DNA of 64,000 bases from Longimicrobiales bacterium (GCA_041690395.1 JAWLHJ010000002.1:500751-564750), one strand, 5' to 3'; positions 20,417 to 31,474 are shown, numbered from the stretch's first letter. The notes: a model not told the origin generated them from the letters alone. Numbers and translations are program-made.

Positions 20417-20500
20417 AGTCGCCTCGCCCGCGGTCGAGTCCTGCTCCGCGGGGCGGTTCGACCCGGCTCCCGGCGGGCCGCGACGCTTCCCGCCGCCCCG

Positions 20501-23239
20501 CTACGCTCCGAGCGCGCCCAGCAGCGCCGTCTCGATCGCCGGGTGCCGCCTCTCCGCGAGCGGCTTACCTCCATCGGTCACGTAGAAGACGTCCAGCGCC
20601 TGGTTCTTCTCCGTCGAGAGCTTGGCGAGGGTGATGTTGAGGCCCAGTCCGGCGAGGGTCGTGGCGATGCGGTAGACCAGCCCCGGCTCGTCGTCCGCCC
20701 GCACCTCGATGACCGTGCGCCCGGATACGTCGGGAGGCACGAACCGCACCGCGGGCGGGGCCGGAGGCCTCCGGCGACGCCGCCTGAGCTGGCGGGTGCG
20801 CTGGCGCTCCACCGCCTCGGCCGGATCGCGCTCGCCGGCCATGACGGCCTCGATCTGGGCGGAGATCTCCTCGTACCGACCCTCGGGCACCGGCGCGATG
20901 GCGCCATGGGCCATGGCGTCACTCACCCGGAATACGTCGAGCACCAACCCGTCGTCACGCGTGAAGACGTCGACGCTCAGGATGTCGAGACCGGCACCGC
21001 TGATGGCGCCGGCGAGACGAGCCAACACTCCCCTCGCATCGTGCACGCATACGGACAGGATCGAGTAGGGGCCCTTGTCCGACGTCCGCCAGTCGGTCAG
21101 GGCGGAACGGGCGCCGAGGTGTCTCGTCATCGCGAAGTGCGTCGCGATGACCTCCGGGGGCACGAGGCTCGGGTAGCGCCTGGGGAGGTGCTCGAGGAAC
21201 TCCTCGATGTCGCTGCGCAGGAACTCCGGATGTCCGAGCGCGCCGAGCACCCGGTCCGCGACCACGCTCGCGGTGCCGGTATGCTCCGGGTCGGCACCGC
21301 GCAGCGCGACCGAGGCACGCGCGTGCAGCTCACACAGAAGGGACGCCTTCCAGTCGTTCCAGACGCCCGGGCCGACGCCACTGATGTCCGCATAGGTGAG
21401 GACGAAGAGCATGTTCAGACGGTCCTCCGTGCCGACCGTGTCCGCGAATCCGCGGACCACCGCCGGGTCCATGATGTCGCGGCGCTGCGAGACACGGGAC
21501 ATGACCAGGTGTTTGGCCACGAGGAAGGCGACATCCGCCCGCACATCCTCCGGAAGGTGGAGCCGGCGAGATACCCGTTTCGCGACGGCCGCGCCCCTGG
21601 TGACATGGTCCTCACCCTGCCCCTTGCCGACGTCGTGCAGAAGGAGAGCCAGCGCCAGGCGCGCGGGATCGGAAACCGCGTCGAGCGCCCGGCCGAGCGG
21701 CACCAGCGCGTCGATTCGCTCGTCCCCGGAGTGCAGGGCATCCAGCGCCTCAAGCGTCTGCAGCGTGTGCTCGTCGATGGTGTAGCGGTGGTAGTGGTCG
21801 TGCTGCACCAGAAAAGTGACCCGCCTGAACTCGGGCATATACGCGGCCAGGAGTCCGGCGTCGTGCATCGACCGGAGCGTCGTCGCCACGTACCCGGTCC
21901 GCCCGAGAAGCCGCATGAACGCCGCGGCGGCATCCGGGGACTGACGCACCTTCCGGTCGATCAGCGACAGGCTTCCCCTCACCGCCTCGAGCAGCGCGTC
22001 GCCGACGGCGGCGCCATGCTGCTGGGCGACATCGAACACCTCGAAGAGCCGCAGCGCGTCACCACCGAAGTCGACCCCGCCCGGAGGCGCCTCGAGACGC
22101 CCGTCGCTTAGCCGGTACCGCCGTCCCGGACCGACCGCCACGGACCTGCGCCTGGGCCGGATGCGCAGCGGCCCGTCCTCCTCCTCCCAGAAATCGGCGT
22201 CGACCAGAAAGGCATCGCAGAAACGCTGGATCTCCTGCGCCCTGAGGTAGAAGTCCCGCATGAAGATCTCGGACGCTGCGGCCGAGTGCTGGTCCGAGTA
22301 CCCCAGAGCCCGGGCGAGCCGGGGCTGCAGATCGAGCACGATCAGGTCGGTGCGTCGGCCCGTGTAGAAGTGCGCCTGGTTCCTGACGCGCAGGGCGAAG
22401 TCGTACGCACGGAGGGCCCGCGCCAGCTCCGATGGCTCGACCAGGCCGGCCCGAGCAAGATCCTCGAGCGACTCGACGCCGTGACGCGCCAGCCCGACCC
22501 ACGTCACGAGATGCATGTCCCGCAGGCCGCCGGCGCCCTCCTTCAGGTTCGGCTCCTGCATCCCCACCACCCGCCCGTGCCTGGCTCGCCTGCCCAGAAC
22601 TTCGGCGGCCATGGCCTCACGGAAGAACCGGTTCGCCTTCGGATGCCGGAAGACACCCTCACGGAGATCGGCGACGAAGCGCGAGAAGAGCTCCTCGCTC
22701 CCCGCCAGGAGCCGTGCCTCGGACATCGCGTTGCGCGCATGGAGATCGGACCGCCCCATCCGGACGCACTCGGCCACCGAGCGTACGCTGTGCCCCACCT
22801 CCAGCCCCACGTCCCAGAGGAGAGGAAGGGCCGCCTCGACGAACTCCGTCATGCCGCCCGTGCGACGTCCCGGATGCAGAAACAGGATATCGACGTCCGA
22901 GTGGGGCGACAGCTCGCGGCGCCCGTAGCCGCCCAGCGCCACGATCGCACACGGCGCCAGCTCCTTCCTCGTCGAAGGACCCAGGTCGTCGGCCACCATG
23001 CGGCACGCCCGGCCGACGACCATGTCGACCGCGTCGCTCCGGCCTCGGGCGATCTCGCGCCCCCCCAACCCGAAGCGATGGCGCTTCAGGAGATGGTTGG
23101 ACTCCGTTTCCAGAAACGCACGGAACGACCGGATGCGCTTGGCCGTCTCGGGTGGCACGGATGCGAGCCGCTCCTCCGCGTGGCGCGCGAGTCGCGACTC
23201 CTGGATCCGCACGGGGTCGCCGGGGGGCGGAGCGGGCAT
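20501..23239 (-). CDS. glnD: [Protein-PII] uridylyltransferase
   Basis: ALGGYGRRELSPHSDVDILFL, EPNLKEGAGGLRD, YHRYTIDEH, LLHDVGKG, two C-terminal ACT domains. Start at MPAPP is coupled to the amt stop (TGATG). Confidence 0.93.
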   Translation of the reverse strand: MPAPPPGDPVRIQESRLARHAEERLASVPPETAKRIRSFRAFLETESNHLLKRHRFGLGGREIARGRSDAVDMVVGRACRMVADDLGPSTRKELAPCAIVALGGYGRRELSPHSDVDILFLHPGRRTGGMTEFVEAALPLLWDVGLEVGHSVRSVAECVRMGRSDLHARNAMSEARLLAGSEELFSRFVADLREGVFRHPKANRFFREAMAAEVLGRRARHGRVVGMQEPNLKEGAGGLRDMHLVTWVGLARHGVESLEDLARAGLVEPSELARALRAYDFALRVRNQAHFYTGRRTDLIVLDLQPRLARALGYSDQHSAAASEIFMRDFYLRAQEIQRFCDAFLVDADFWEEEDGPLRIRPRRRSVAVGPGRRYRLSDGRLEAPPGGVDFGGDALRLFEVFDVAQQHGAAVGDALLEAVRGSLSLIDRKVRQSPDAAAAFMRLLGRTGYVATTLRSMHDAGLLAAYMPEFRRVTFLVQHDHYHRYTIDEHTLQTLEALDALHSGDERIDALVPLGRALDAVSDPARLALALLLHDVGKGQGEDHVTRGAAVAKRVSRRLHLPEDVRADVAFLVAKHLVMSRVSQRRDIMDPAVVRGFADTVGTEDRLNMLFVLTYADISGVGPGVWNDWKASLLCELHARASVALRGADPEHTGTASVVADRVLGALGHPEFLRSDIEEFLEHLPRRYPSLVPPEVIATHFAMTRHLGARSALTDWRTSDKGPYSILSVCVHDARGVLARLAGAISGAGLDILSVDVFTRDDGLVLDVFRVSDAMAHGAIAPVPEGRYEEISAQIEAVMAGERDPAEAVERQRTRQLRRRRRRPPAPPAVRFVPPDVSGRTVIEVRADDEPGLVYRIATTLAGLGLNITLAKLSTEKNQALDVFYVTDGGKPLAERRHPAIETALLGALGA

Positions 23240-24615
23240 CAGGCGGTCACGCCGCCCACATCGGCACTGAACGTGTCGGGGCCGTACGCCTCGTTCCCGT
23301 GCTCGAAGACGTCGAGCCCGGCGATCTCCTCCTCGGCCGACACGCGCATGCCCACGGTCGCGTCGACGATCTTGAAGAACGCGAACATCGTCCCGAACAC
23401 CCAGACGAAGGCGGCGACGATCCCGAGCAGCTGCGTGCCGATGATGGCCAGCGTCACGCCCCCCGCGTTGAAGAGTCCCGCGGCGAGCGTTCCCCAGGCG
23501 CCGCAAACCCCGTGCACGGAGATCGCACCGACCGGATCGTCGATCTGACGGCGATCGAAGAAGAGCACGGAGAAGACGACCAGCGCCCCCGCCGCGAGCC
23601 CGATCAGGATGGCCGCACCCGGCACGACGTTCGCGCATCCGGCGGTGATCCCCACGAGCCCCGCGAGAGCGCCGTTGATAGTCATGGTCGCGTCGGGCTT
23701 CTTCAGGAAGAGCCAGGCGGTGATCATCGCGGCGAGGGCCCCCGCCGCCGCCGACAGATTCGTGTTCACCGCGATGAGCGCGATGTCGACCGTCGCCGCC
23801 GTGGTGCTCCCCGCATTGAAGCCGAACCACCCGAACCAGAGGATGAACATGCCGAGCGTCACGTAGACCAGGTTGTGACCCGGCATGGCGCGCGGCTTCC
23901 CCTCGACCGTGAAGCGTCCGAGCCGTGGCCCGACCACCATGGCGCCGGCCAGCGCACCCCAGCCGCCGACGCTGTGCACCACCGTCGATCCGGCGAAGTC
24001 GATGAAGCCGAGCCCCTCCAGCCAGCCATCTCCCTTATAGAGGCTGCCCCAGGCCCAGCTTCCGAAGACCGGGTACACGATCGCCGTCAGGAAGATCGAG
24101 TACATGATGTACACGGAGAACTTGGTGCGCTCCGCGACCGCGCCGGACACGATGGTCGCCGCCGTCGCCGCGAACACGGTCTGGAAGATCCAGAACGCAT
24201 AGAGCCATGGGTCCTGCTCCGTCGCGTAATCGGAGAGCATGAAGCTTCCGGTGCCGAACCAGCCGCCGCTCGGTCCGAACATGATGCCGAAGCCTACGAG
24301 CCAGAACGCGAGGGACCCCATGGAGAGGTCCATGATGTTCTTCATGCAGATGTTGACCGCGTTCTTCGCCCGCGTCATACCGACCTCGATCAGCGAGAAG
24401 CCGGCCTGCATGAGGAGGACGAGGACCGCCGCGAGGATGGTCCAGACGAAATCCGCGTGACGCTGCAGCAACGCGATCGCTTCGGCCGTCGCCGCGTCCT
24501 GGGCCAGGAGCGGGTCGGGCGACGCGACGGCGGCCAGGGCGGCCGCGGTCAGGGCAAGGAGCGCGCGGAACGAAGCGTACGCGCGGAGGGTGGCGGGCGC
24601 ACGGAACGCGCGCAT
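23239..24615 (-). CDS. amtB: Ammonium transporter
   Basis: MQAGFSLIE, IVSGAVAER, DFAGSTVVH, WFGWFGFNAGS, DDPVGAISVHG (twin His); N-terminal signal peptide. Start chosen at MRAFR. Confidence 0.95.
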   Translation of the reverse strand: MRAFRAPATLRAYASFRALLALTAAALAAVASPDPLLAQDAATAEAIALLQRHADFVWTILAAVLVLLMQAGFSLIEVGMTRAKNAVNICMKNIMDLSMGSLAFWLVGFGIMFGPSGGWFGTGSFMLSDYATEQDPWLYAFWIFQTVFAATAATIVSGAVAERTKFSVYIMYSIFLTAIVYPVFGSWAWGSLYKGDGWLEGLGFIDFAGSTVVHSVGGWGALAGAMVVGPRLGRFTVEGKPRAMPGHNLVYVTLGMFILWFGWFGFNAGSTTAATVDIALIAVNTNLSAAAGALAAMITAWLFLKKPDATMTINGALAGLVGITAGCANVVPGAAILIGLAAGALVVFSVLFFDRRQIDDPVGAISVHGVCGAWGTLAAGLFNAGGVTLAIIGTQLLGIVAAFVWVFGTMFAFFKIVDATVGMRVSAEEEIAGLDVFEHGNEAYGPDTFSADVGGVTA

Positions 24616-24674
24616 GGATGTATACCTGCTCACTCGGGTCACCTTCAGGGGTGGGGGCGGGCGGAGGAAGGGGG

Positions 24675-25175
<501 letters not shown>

Positions 25176-25239
25176 TCAAGTCATGTCACGACAACGTCTT
25201 GTGGCATATCATCACCGGCTCTCCGGGCTCCCGGGCGTG

Positions 25240-25283
25240 CTACGAAATTGTCGTTCTACACTACTGAGACGACAATTTTGTCG
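25240..25283. promoter_or_regulatory. Paired palindromic enhancer-like sites (CTACGAAATTGTCG; CGACAATTTTGTCG)
   Basis: AT-rich palindromes starting 30 bp apart, 100-145 bp upstream of the sigma54 site. Confidence 0.7.
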
Positions 25284-25719
25284 CAGATGTCGCGAAGGGG
25301 CGCGCCGATGGAATCGCCGGTCGCGCCCCCGATCGTCGACAAGGGTTGAGCGCCGCTAGCGCAGCGCTTCATGAGTGTGGCGCGGCCCATGGACCGCGGT
25401 ACCACCTTTGCCAACGCCCAGCCCGCACCGTGGGGTAGAAACCGTCGCGGCGGGCTCGGCGAGCCCCAACGTGGCGAGAACCCTGCATTCGTGCGCGGCC
25501 TTCGGGGGCCACGTCGGTTTTTCCGCCGTAGGCGGCGTCAAGCCGCCCACGCGCGTGTGCGCCGTTCACCGTCGAGCCGCTTTCCTGCCGCATGTGGCGG
25601 TCAAGGCGGCAGACCATCGTCGTCAAGGGCACGGTTGTGCGAGTAGACGCCAGCGGGACACCGCCCCACGACTGCCGCACCACCCCCGCGCAGCTCTGAG
25701 TCGTGGGCTCGCGCACTCA

Positions 25720-27270
25720 CTAGGAGCTCGGGCGCCCCGACGCCCGGTACCGGTCCGGGTCGACGCCGTGCTTCCGGGCCTTGTAGCCGATCACGCGGGG
25801 CGTGGTGTCGAGGAGTCGCGCGGCCTCGGCCTGATTCCCGCGCGCGGCCTTGAGCGCGTCGGCGATCAGATTCTTCTCGTAGTTGCCGACGGCGGCCTCG
25901 AGCGAGGCGCCGGGCAAGGTGCCGGAGACCTGGGCGGTCTGGAGCGTGGCCGGAAGGTCGTGACCATGGATGACGCCCCCGTTGCAGACCAGGACCGCCC
26001 GCTCGACGCAGTTCTCGAGCTCCCGGACGTTCCCCGGCCAGTGGTGGCTCATGAGCATGTCGATGGCCGGCGTGGAGATGCGGCGCACCTGCTTCCCGAG
26101 CTTCGTCGCGTACTTCTCCACGAAGTGATCCGCGAGGAGAAGGATGTCGGGCTTCCGGTCACGCAGCGCGGGCATGAAGATGCTGAACACGTTGAGCCGG
26201 TAGTACAGGTCCTCACGGAACGTCCCTTCCCGCATGGCCGCCTCGAGATCGCGGTTGGTCGCGGCGATGACCCGGACGTCGACCTTGATGGACTGGACCC
26301 CGCCGAGGCGCTCGAACTCCTTCTCCTGCAGCACGCGGAGCAGCTTGACCTGTGTCGACGGAGAGAGCTCGCCGACCTCGTCCAGGAAGAGGGTACCTCC
26401 GTCGGCGAGCTCGAACCGTCCCTTCTTGCGGGCGCGGGCGTCGGTGAACGCTCCCGGCTCGTAGCCGAAGAGCTCCGACTCGATGAGGCTGTCCGGGAGG
26501 GCGCCGCAGTTCACCTTCACGAACGGCTGCTCGGAGCGGGGGGAGTTGTAGTGGATCGCCTGCGCGATCATCTCCTTTCCGGTGCCCGATTCCCCGCGGA
26601 TCATCACCGTCGTGGGGCTCCCGGCGACCTGCGCGACCTCCTCGTAGACCTCCCGCATCTCGCGGCTGTTCCCGATGATGTTCCGGAACTCGTAGCGCTC
26701 CTTGAGCTCCTGGCGGAGCTGGCTGTTCTCCTCGAGCAGGCGCTGCCGCTCGGTCTCGACGAGCCGGTGGACGCGTACCGACTGCCCGATCATCGACGCG
26801 ACCACGCCGAGGAACTCGGCCTCCCGGTCGAACGCACGGTCGGCATCGTAGGGGAGGGTCACGCCCAGGCTCCCCTCCGTGCGGCCGTCGACGATGATGG
26901 GGACGCAAACGAAGCTCAGCTCCTCCCGCCCGCTCTCCTTCCACACGCCGGTCCGGTCGAGGAACAGGGGCTCCCGGCTCACGCGCGGGACGGTGACCGG
27001 CCGCCCGCTCTGGACCACGCGCCCGGTGATCCCCTCGCCGAGCTTGTAAGACGCGCGGCGGCGGACCCGCCAGGTGATGCCCGTCGCGGCCTCGATGGCG
27101 AGCTCGCCCGAGTCGCGGTCGAAGAGCGTGACGGCCCCGGACACCGTCCCGTGCCGCTCCTCGAGGATCTCGAGTACCCGGACGAGCGCCGTCCGGAGGT
27201 CGAGCGTGGAGCCGAGCGTCTGGCTGACGTCGAGGAGCGTCGAGAGCTTGCGTACGTCGCGTCGGTCCAA
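25720..27270 (-). CDS. sigma54-dependent activator, GAF-AAA+-HTH (NifA-like architecture)
   Basis: GAF ([11 protein letters not shown]), [43 protein letters not shown], Fis-type HTH. Confidence 0.93.
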   Translation of the reverse strand: MDRRDVRKLSTLLDVSQTLGSTLDLRTALVRVLEILEERHGTVSGAVTLFDRDSGELAIEAATGITWRVRRRASYKLGEGITGRVVQSGRPVTVPRVSREPLFLDRTGVWKESGREELSFVCVPIIVDGRTEGSLGVTLPYDADRAFDREAEFLGVVASMIGQSVRVHRLVETERQRLLEENSQLRQELKERYEFRNIIGNSREMREVYEEVAQVAGSPTTVMIRGESGTGKEMIAQAIHYNSPRSEQPFVKVNCGALPDSLIESELFGYEPGAFTDARARKKGRFELADGGTLFLDEVGELSPSTQVKLLRVLQEKEFERLGGVQSIKVDVRVIAATNRDLEAAMREGTFREDLYYRLNVFSIFMPALRDRKPDILLLADHFVEKYATKLGKQVRRISTPAIDMLMSHHWPGNVRELENCVERAVLVCNGGVIHGHDLPATLQTAQVSGTLPGASLEAAVGNYEKNLIADALKAARGNQAEAARLLDTTPRVIGYKARKHGVDPDRYRASGRPSS

Positions 27271-27324
27271 GGGTGCGTTCCGGTCCCAGGGGGGCTAGCC
27301 GCGACCCCACGGGCCCGGCGAAGA

Positions 27325-27368
27325 CGACAATAATGTCGCCCCCAACTGCCGGTACTACAAAATTGTCA
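27325..27368. promoter_or_regulatory. Second pair of the same palindromes (CGACAATAATGTCG; CTACAAAATTGTCA) upstream of the activator gene
   Basis: Same motif and same 30-bp spacing as 25240/25270. Confidence 0.7.
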
Positions 27369-28328
27369 GCCCGCCAGCTCCCGCATCCAGGCGTCGATGG
27401 CCCGGGCGTGGTATCCCGGATTGAAGAGGAGCCAGTCGGCGGCCGCGTCGGGCATGCGGTAACGGTCCGCCGCCTCCTCGGCGCTCCATCCTCGCTCCAG
27501 ACCGTCTCGCGCCGCGATCTCCACGCTATCCAACAACTCGATGTAGAGGTCCATCGCGGTCGCGTCGGCGAGCGCCCCGTGTCCGCTCACCCAGACGCCG
27601 GCGCCTCTCGCCCGCAGGACGCGGACGGTCTGAGACAGCCGACCGGGCTGGGCGTCGACGTAGTTCGGGAACATGCCGTTCCACACGAGGTCGCCCGCGA
27701 ATACGATGGAAGCGTCGAGCACCTCGATGGTCAGGTCGGAGCGGGTGTGCCCCCGACGGGGCACGAGCAGGAGTGACCGGTCGCCCAGGTCCAGCTCCGT
27801 GGGCCGTCCGTCGCCGATCACCCGGAAGTCGGCAGGCGCCGCCCCCTCCGGGTCGTCGGGGCGTCCGGGAACGCTCTCGAGTGTGGTGGCCGTCGCGAGC
27901 ACTTCGAGCCCGGGCGTCTCGGCGGCGCCCCTGAGCCCGTTCACATGGTCTCCGTGGTGGTGCGTCAGGGCCACATGCGTCGGGGCGCGCCCGGTCAGCC
28001 GCTCGGCCTGCTCGGCCATCCAGCGGGCACCGTCGTCCGATCCGAAGGCTTCCACGACGACGACCCCGGCGCGACCCGCGATGATGCCGCCGTTGCAGAG
28101 CGTGGTTCGGTCCTCGAGGGGACGTGACTCGAGCGCCCAAACGCCCTCGGCGACACGCAGCAGCCGTCCCCAGGGCTCCGAGGCCACGACGGGAAAGCGT
28201 TCCTGCCACCCGCCCAGCCCCCGGGCGGCCGCGAGGTGCGGCGTGAAGGGAAGCAGTCCCATACCCACCAGCCCAGTGGCCCCCCGCTCGAGGAACGCGC
28301 GGCGGCTCATCTCTCTCGAACTCGTCAT
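27366..28328 (-). CDS. Tat-exported MBL-fold metallo-hydrolase
   Basis: SRRAFL Tat signal; THHHGDH, GHT, FAGDL, SGHG. Confidence 0.88.
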   Translation of the reverse strand: MTSSREMSRRAFLERGATGLVGMGLLPFTPHLAAARGLGGWQERFPVVASEPWGRLLRVAEGVWALESRPLEDRTTLCNGGIIAGRAGVVVVEAFGSDDGARWMAEQAERLTGRAPTHVALTHHHGDHVNGLRGAAETPGLEVLATATTLESVPGRPDDPEGAAPADFRVIGDGRPTELDLGDRSLLLVPRRGHTRSDLTIEVLDASIVFAGDLVWNGMFPNYVDAQPGRLSQTVRVLRARGAGVWVSGHGALADATAMDLYIELLDSVEIAARDGLERGWSAEEAADRYRMPDAAADWLLFNPGYHARAIDAWMRELAG

Positions 28329-28427
28329 CTCGGCCCATCCCTCACGGATCTAACGATCGCCTTCCCCGGTACATCCAATACTGTACACTTGCTGTTCGAC
28401 AAAGTCGAAGCACCCCGGGAGGCCTCC

Positions 28428-29477
28428 ATGCGCGCACCTGCCCCTTCCCCCGTGCTGTGTCTCATGATCGGCACGGCGGTCCTCCTCGTACCACCCCACT
28501 CGCTCGACGCCCAGTCGGTGTCCGAGCCCGAGCTCGAGGAGTGGACCGTCCCCTACGCGTCGTCCAGACCGCGCGATCCGATGCTCGGACCCGACGGCAA
28601 GGTCTGGTTCGTCGGCCAGGTCTCCGACTACGTCGCGTCGCTCGACCCGGAGACCGGAACGTTCGAGCGCTTCCCTCTCCCCGAGGGCGCCGGCCCCCAC
28701 AACCTGGTCGTCGACGACGACGGGATCATCTGGTACGCGGGGAACCGCGCCATGCACATCGGCCGGCTGGACCCGGCCACCGGCGAGATCGAGCGCTTCG
28801 ACATGCCGGACGCGGCGGCCAGGGACCCGCACACGCTGATCTTCGACTCCCAGGGGGACATCTGGTTCACGGTGCAGGGCGGGAACTTCATCGGGAAGTT
28901 CGACCCCGACACCGGTGAGACCCGCCTCGTCGAGGCGCCCCGGGTCCGCTCGGAGCGCGGCACTTCGAGCCGTCCCTACGGCATCGTGATGGACGCGGAC
29001 GACCGGCCCTGGATCGCGCTCTTCAACACGAACATGATCGCGACCGTGGACCCGGAAACGTTCGAGCTGGAGACCTTCGAGCTCCCGGCGAACGCGCTCC
29101 CCCGCCGTCTCGACATCACCTCGGACGGCATGGTCTGGTACGGCGATTACCGGCGCGGATACCTGGGCCGCCTGGACCCGAGCACCGGCGAGGTCCGCGA
29201 GTGGGCGCTGCCCAGCGGCTCGGACTCCCGACCCTACGCGGTCGCCGTAGACGACAACGACCGCATCTGGGTCGTCGAGACCGGTGTGCAGCCGAACCAG
29301 TTCGTCGGCTTCGATCCGCGCACCGAGACGTTCACCAGCGCACCCGTCGGGAGCGGGGGCGGCACGATTCGTCACATGTACTTCGACGCGGAGTCGAACT
29401 CGATCTGGTTCGGCGCGGACACGAACACCATCGGTGTGGCGAAGCTCCCGCCTTCGCGACCCGTCAGCGACCGCTGA
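28428..29477 (+). CDS. Vgb (virginiamycin B lyase)-like beta-propeller protein with signal peptide
   Basis: Repeated P-x-(GI/NL)-x-D-x-x-G-x-(I/V)W(F/Y)...(IG/LG)RLDP blades; RBS GGAGG before ATG 28428. Confidence 0.8.
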   Translation: MRAPAPSPVLCLMIGTAVLLVPPHSLDAQSVSEPELEEWTVPYASSRPRDPMLGPDGKVWFVGQVSDYVASLDPETGTFERFPLPEGAGPHNLVVDDDGIIWYAGNRAMHIGRLDPATGEIERFDMPDAAARDPHTLIFDSQGDIWFTVQGGNFIGKFDPDTGETRLVEAPRVRSERGTSSRPYGIVMDADDRPWIALFNTNMIATVDPETFELETFELPANALPRRLDITSDGMVWYGDYRRGYLGRLDPSTGEVREWALPSGSDSRPYAVAVDDNDRIWVVETGVQPNQFVGFDPRTETFTSAPVGSGGGTIRHMYFDAESNSIWFGADTNTIGVAKLPPSRPVSDR

Positions 29478-29533
29478 GGCGAACCATCGTCGCGAACGAG
29501 CCGGAGAACACGGGCGCTCACGCGCCGGGGACG

Positions 29534-29932
29534 GTGGTGAGGGTCGTCGCCGCCGTCCTCCGGCGCGAAGGACGCTATCTGCTCGGCCTCCGACCGGAGC
29601 GGAAGCGCCACGGAGGGCTATGGGAGTTTCCGGGGGGCAAGGTGGACCCGGGCGAATCCACGCTCGACGCGGCCCGCAGGGAGCTGGCCGAGGAGCTCGA
29701 GATCGAGGTCACGTCCGTCGGCGAGCTCGTCCTGTCCGTGGCGGACGGCCGTAGCCCCTTCGTGATCGACTTCGTGGACACCGTGGCCATGGGCTCACCG
29801 AGCCCCCTCGAGCACGACGAATTGGGGTGGTTCACGGTGGAGGAGATGCTCGAAATGAGCCTAGCCCCGGCCGACGCGCGCTTCGTGGCGCACCTGGCCC
29901 GGGACGTGGCCGCCACTCAGGAAACGTCCTGA
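29534..29932 (+). CDS. NUDIX hydrolase (MutT/NudG-like)
   Basis: WEFPGGKVDPGESTLDAARRELAEEL Nudix box. Start uncertain. Confidence 0.88.
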   Translation: MVRVVAAVLRREGRYLLGLRPERKRHGGLWEFPGGKVDPGESTLDAARRELAEELEIEVTSVGELVLSVADGRSPFVIDFVDTVAMGSPSPLEHDELGWFTVEEMLEMSLAPADARFVAHLARDVAATQETS

Positions 29933-31461
29933 CTCCTGTCGAGCACGCGTAGCAGGTCGCTTGCCCTGGCCTTGGGGATCTCGGTCTTGAGCCCCTCGGC
30001 GGTCCGGGCCCCCCGGCCCACCACCTGACCGCGGTACCCGACCGCGACCGGACCCCGAAGGTCGAGGTCGCACGGCACCGGCCTGCGCGAGAGGAAGTCC
30101 CGGAGGCGATCCTCGTCGAGATCCACGCGCCGCTCCCGTATATCGTCGGAGAGGAGCCGCAGGATGTCGTTCGTGGGGCGGGCCCTGCCGCGGGAGTCGA
30201 ACTCCACCGCCCGGATGCCGATGGAGATCGCTCGCCAGGCGTCTCCTTTCTCCCACGCTTCGAGCGGCCAGGCGTCCACGGAGTGCACCCAGACCCGCCC
30301 CCCGCGTACGGTCCAGGAGAGCTCGCCCAGCCGGGCCCGGGGCACGCGTAAGCGATCGGCGAGCTCGGCGACCGCCGCCTCGACGAGGGCGTCCGCCTCC
30401 TCGGGCTCGCTGTGGGTCGCCTCGCCGTCGTCCGGGAAGGCGTGTGGAACGGGTGTCCACGCTCCTGCGGACACGTCGGGTGTCGGTTCATCCCCGACCG
30501 GGCCGTCGCCCCGCCGCAGGCGCGCCAGGAAGAGTCCACCCGAGTCGAGGTGGTGCGGATAGATCCGCGCGGCACCCTCCACGCGCGGATCGAAGCGGGC
30601 ACCTTCGAACTCGGTGACACCACGCACGTGCGGCACCGGCAGGTCGAGGGGCTCGAGCTCCACGGGCATCGTGCCGAGGATGTCGCTGACCACGGCCTCG
30701 TTCTCCTCCGGGGAGAAGGTGCACGTCACGTAGAGGATCGTGCCGCCGGGTCGCGTGAGGCGCACCGCGCGCTCGAGCAGCGCCCGCTGGGCGGACGTGA
30801 CGTAGCCGAGGAAGGAGCGGGACTGTCTCGGCGGCCTGCCGCCGCGCCGGCGGAGCGTCCCCTCGCCGGTACAGGGCGCGTCCACCAGCACGCGATCGAA
30901 GAGCGCTCCGTCCGGAAAGGCGCGCCCGTCGCCGGCGACCGCGAGGACGTTCGTGTGCGCGAGGCGGTACATGTTGCCGAGAAGTCCGCGGATACGACTC
31001 TCGCTGATCTCCGACGCCACGAGACACCCGCTGTCTTCCATGAGATCGGCCATGTGCGCGGTCTTGCCGCCCGGCGCGGAGCAGAGGTCGAGCACACGCT
31101 CGCCGGGTCGGGGCGCGAGGGCTGGCGCCGCGACACCGGTCGACGCCTGCTGCACGTAGATCAGCCCGTTCCAGTGCTCGAGCGTCATGGATACGGGATG
31201 CGGCTCTTCGACGACCTGGTGGAAGCCGGCCAGCCCCTCGACCGGTCGCGTACGGAAGCCCTGCGCGCCGAGGTCGTCCAACAGCCGGGCCTCGTCCACG
31301 CGCCCGGTCCGGACACGGAAAACGGTGGGCTCGGGGCGGGCGGACGCCGCGGTGAAGGCGTCCCAGTCGTCGACGATGGACCGGTACCGGCCCAGATCGA
31401 TGGTCCGCTCCCGCTTCGAATCCCGCCGCTCGGGGCTGTCCCCGCCCGCGGGGGCGCTCAC
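29917..31461 (-). CDS. RsmB/RsmF (NOL1/NOP2) RNA cytosine-C5 methyltransferase
   Basis: YVQQAST, VLDLCSAPGGKT, LVDAPCTGEG, YVTCTFSPEENE. GTG start at 31461 inferred. Confidence 0.9.
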   Translation of the reverse strand: MSAPAGGDSPERRDSKRERTIDLGRYRSIVDDWDAFTAASARPEPTVFRVRTGRVDEARLLDDLGAQGFRTRPVEGLAGFHQVVEEPHPVSMTLEHWNGLIYVQQASTGVAAPALAPRPGERVLDLCSAPGGKTAHMADLMEDSGCLVASEISESRIRGLLGNMYRLAHTNVLAVAGDGRAFPDGALFDRVLVDAPCTGEGTLRRRGGRPPRQSRSFLGYVTSAQRALLERAVRLTRPGGTILYVTCTFSPEENEAVVSDILGTMPVELEPLDLPVPHVRGVTEFEGARFDPRVEGAARIYPHHLDSGGLFLARLRRGDGPVGDEPTPDVSAGAWTPVPHAFPDDGEATHSEPEEADALVEAAVAELADRLRVPRARLGELSWTVRGGRVWVHSVDAWPLEAWEKGDAWRAISIGIRAVEFDSRGRARPTNDILRLLSDDIRERRVDLDEDRLRDFLSRRPVPCDLDLRGPVAVGYRGQVVGRGARTAEGLKTEIPKARASDLLRVLDRSQDVS

Positions 31462-31474
31462 GGCGCGCCCTCGA

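Noticed and set aside
25354..25719. RNase P RNA or tmRNA in the long gap
   Set aside because: Only a partial CAGGAAAG similarity on the minus strand; the conserved GAGGAAAGTCC and tmRNA termini are absent.
25720..27270. Calling the activator nifA and inferring nitrogen fixation
   Set aside because: No nif genes in the window and no TGT-N10-ACA site recognised at the target promoter; only the architecture is NifA-like.
27366..29477. Bona fide antibiotic-resistance genes
   Set aside because: Only fold-level motifs are visible; most family members are not resistance enzymes.
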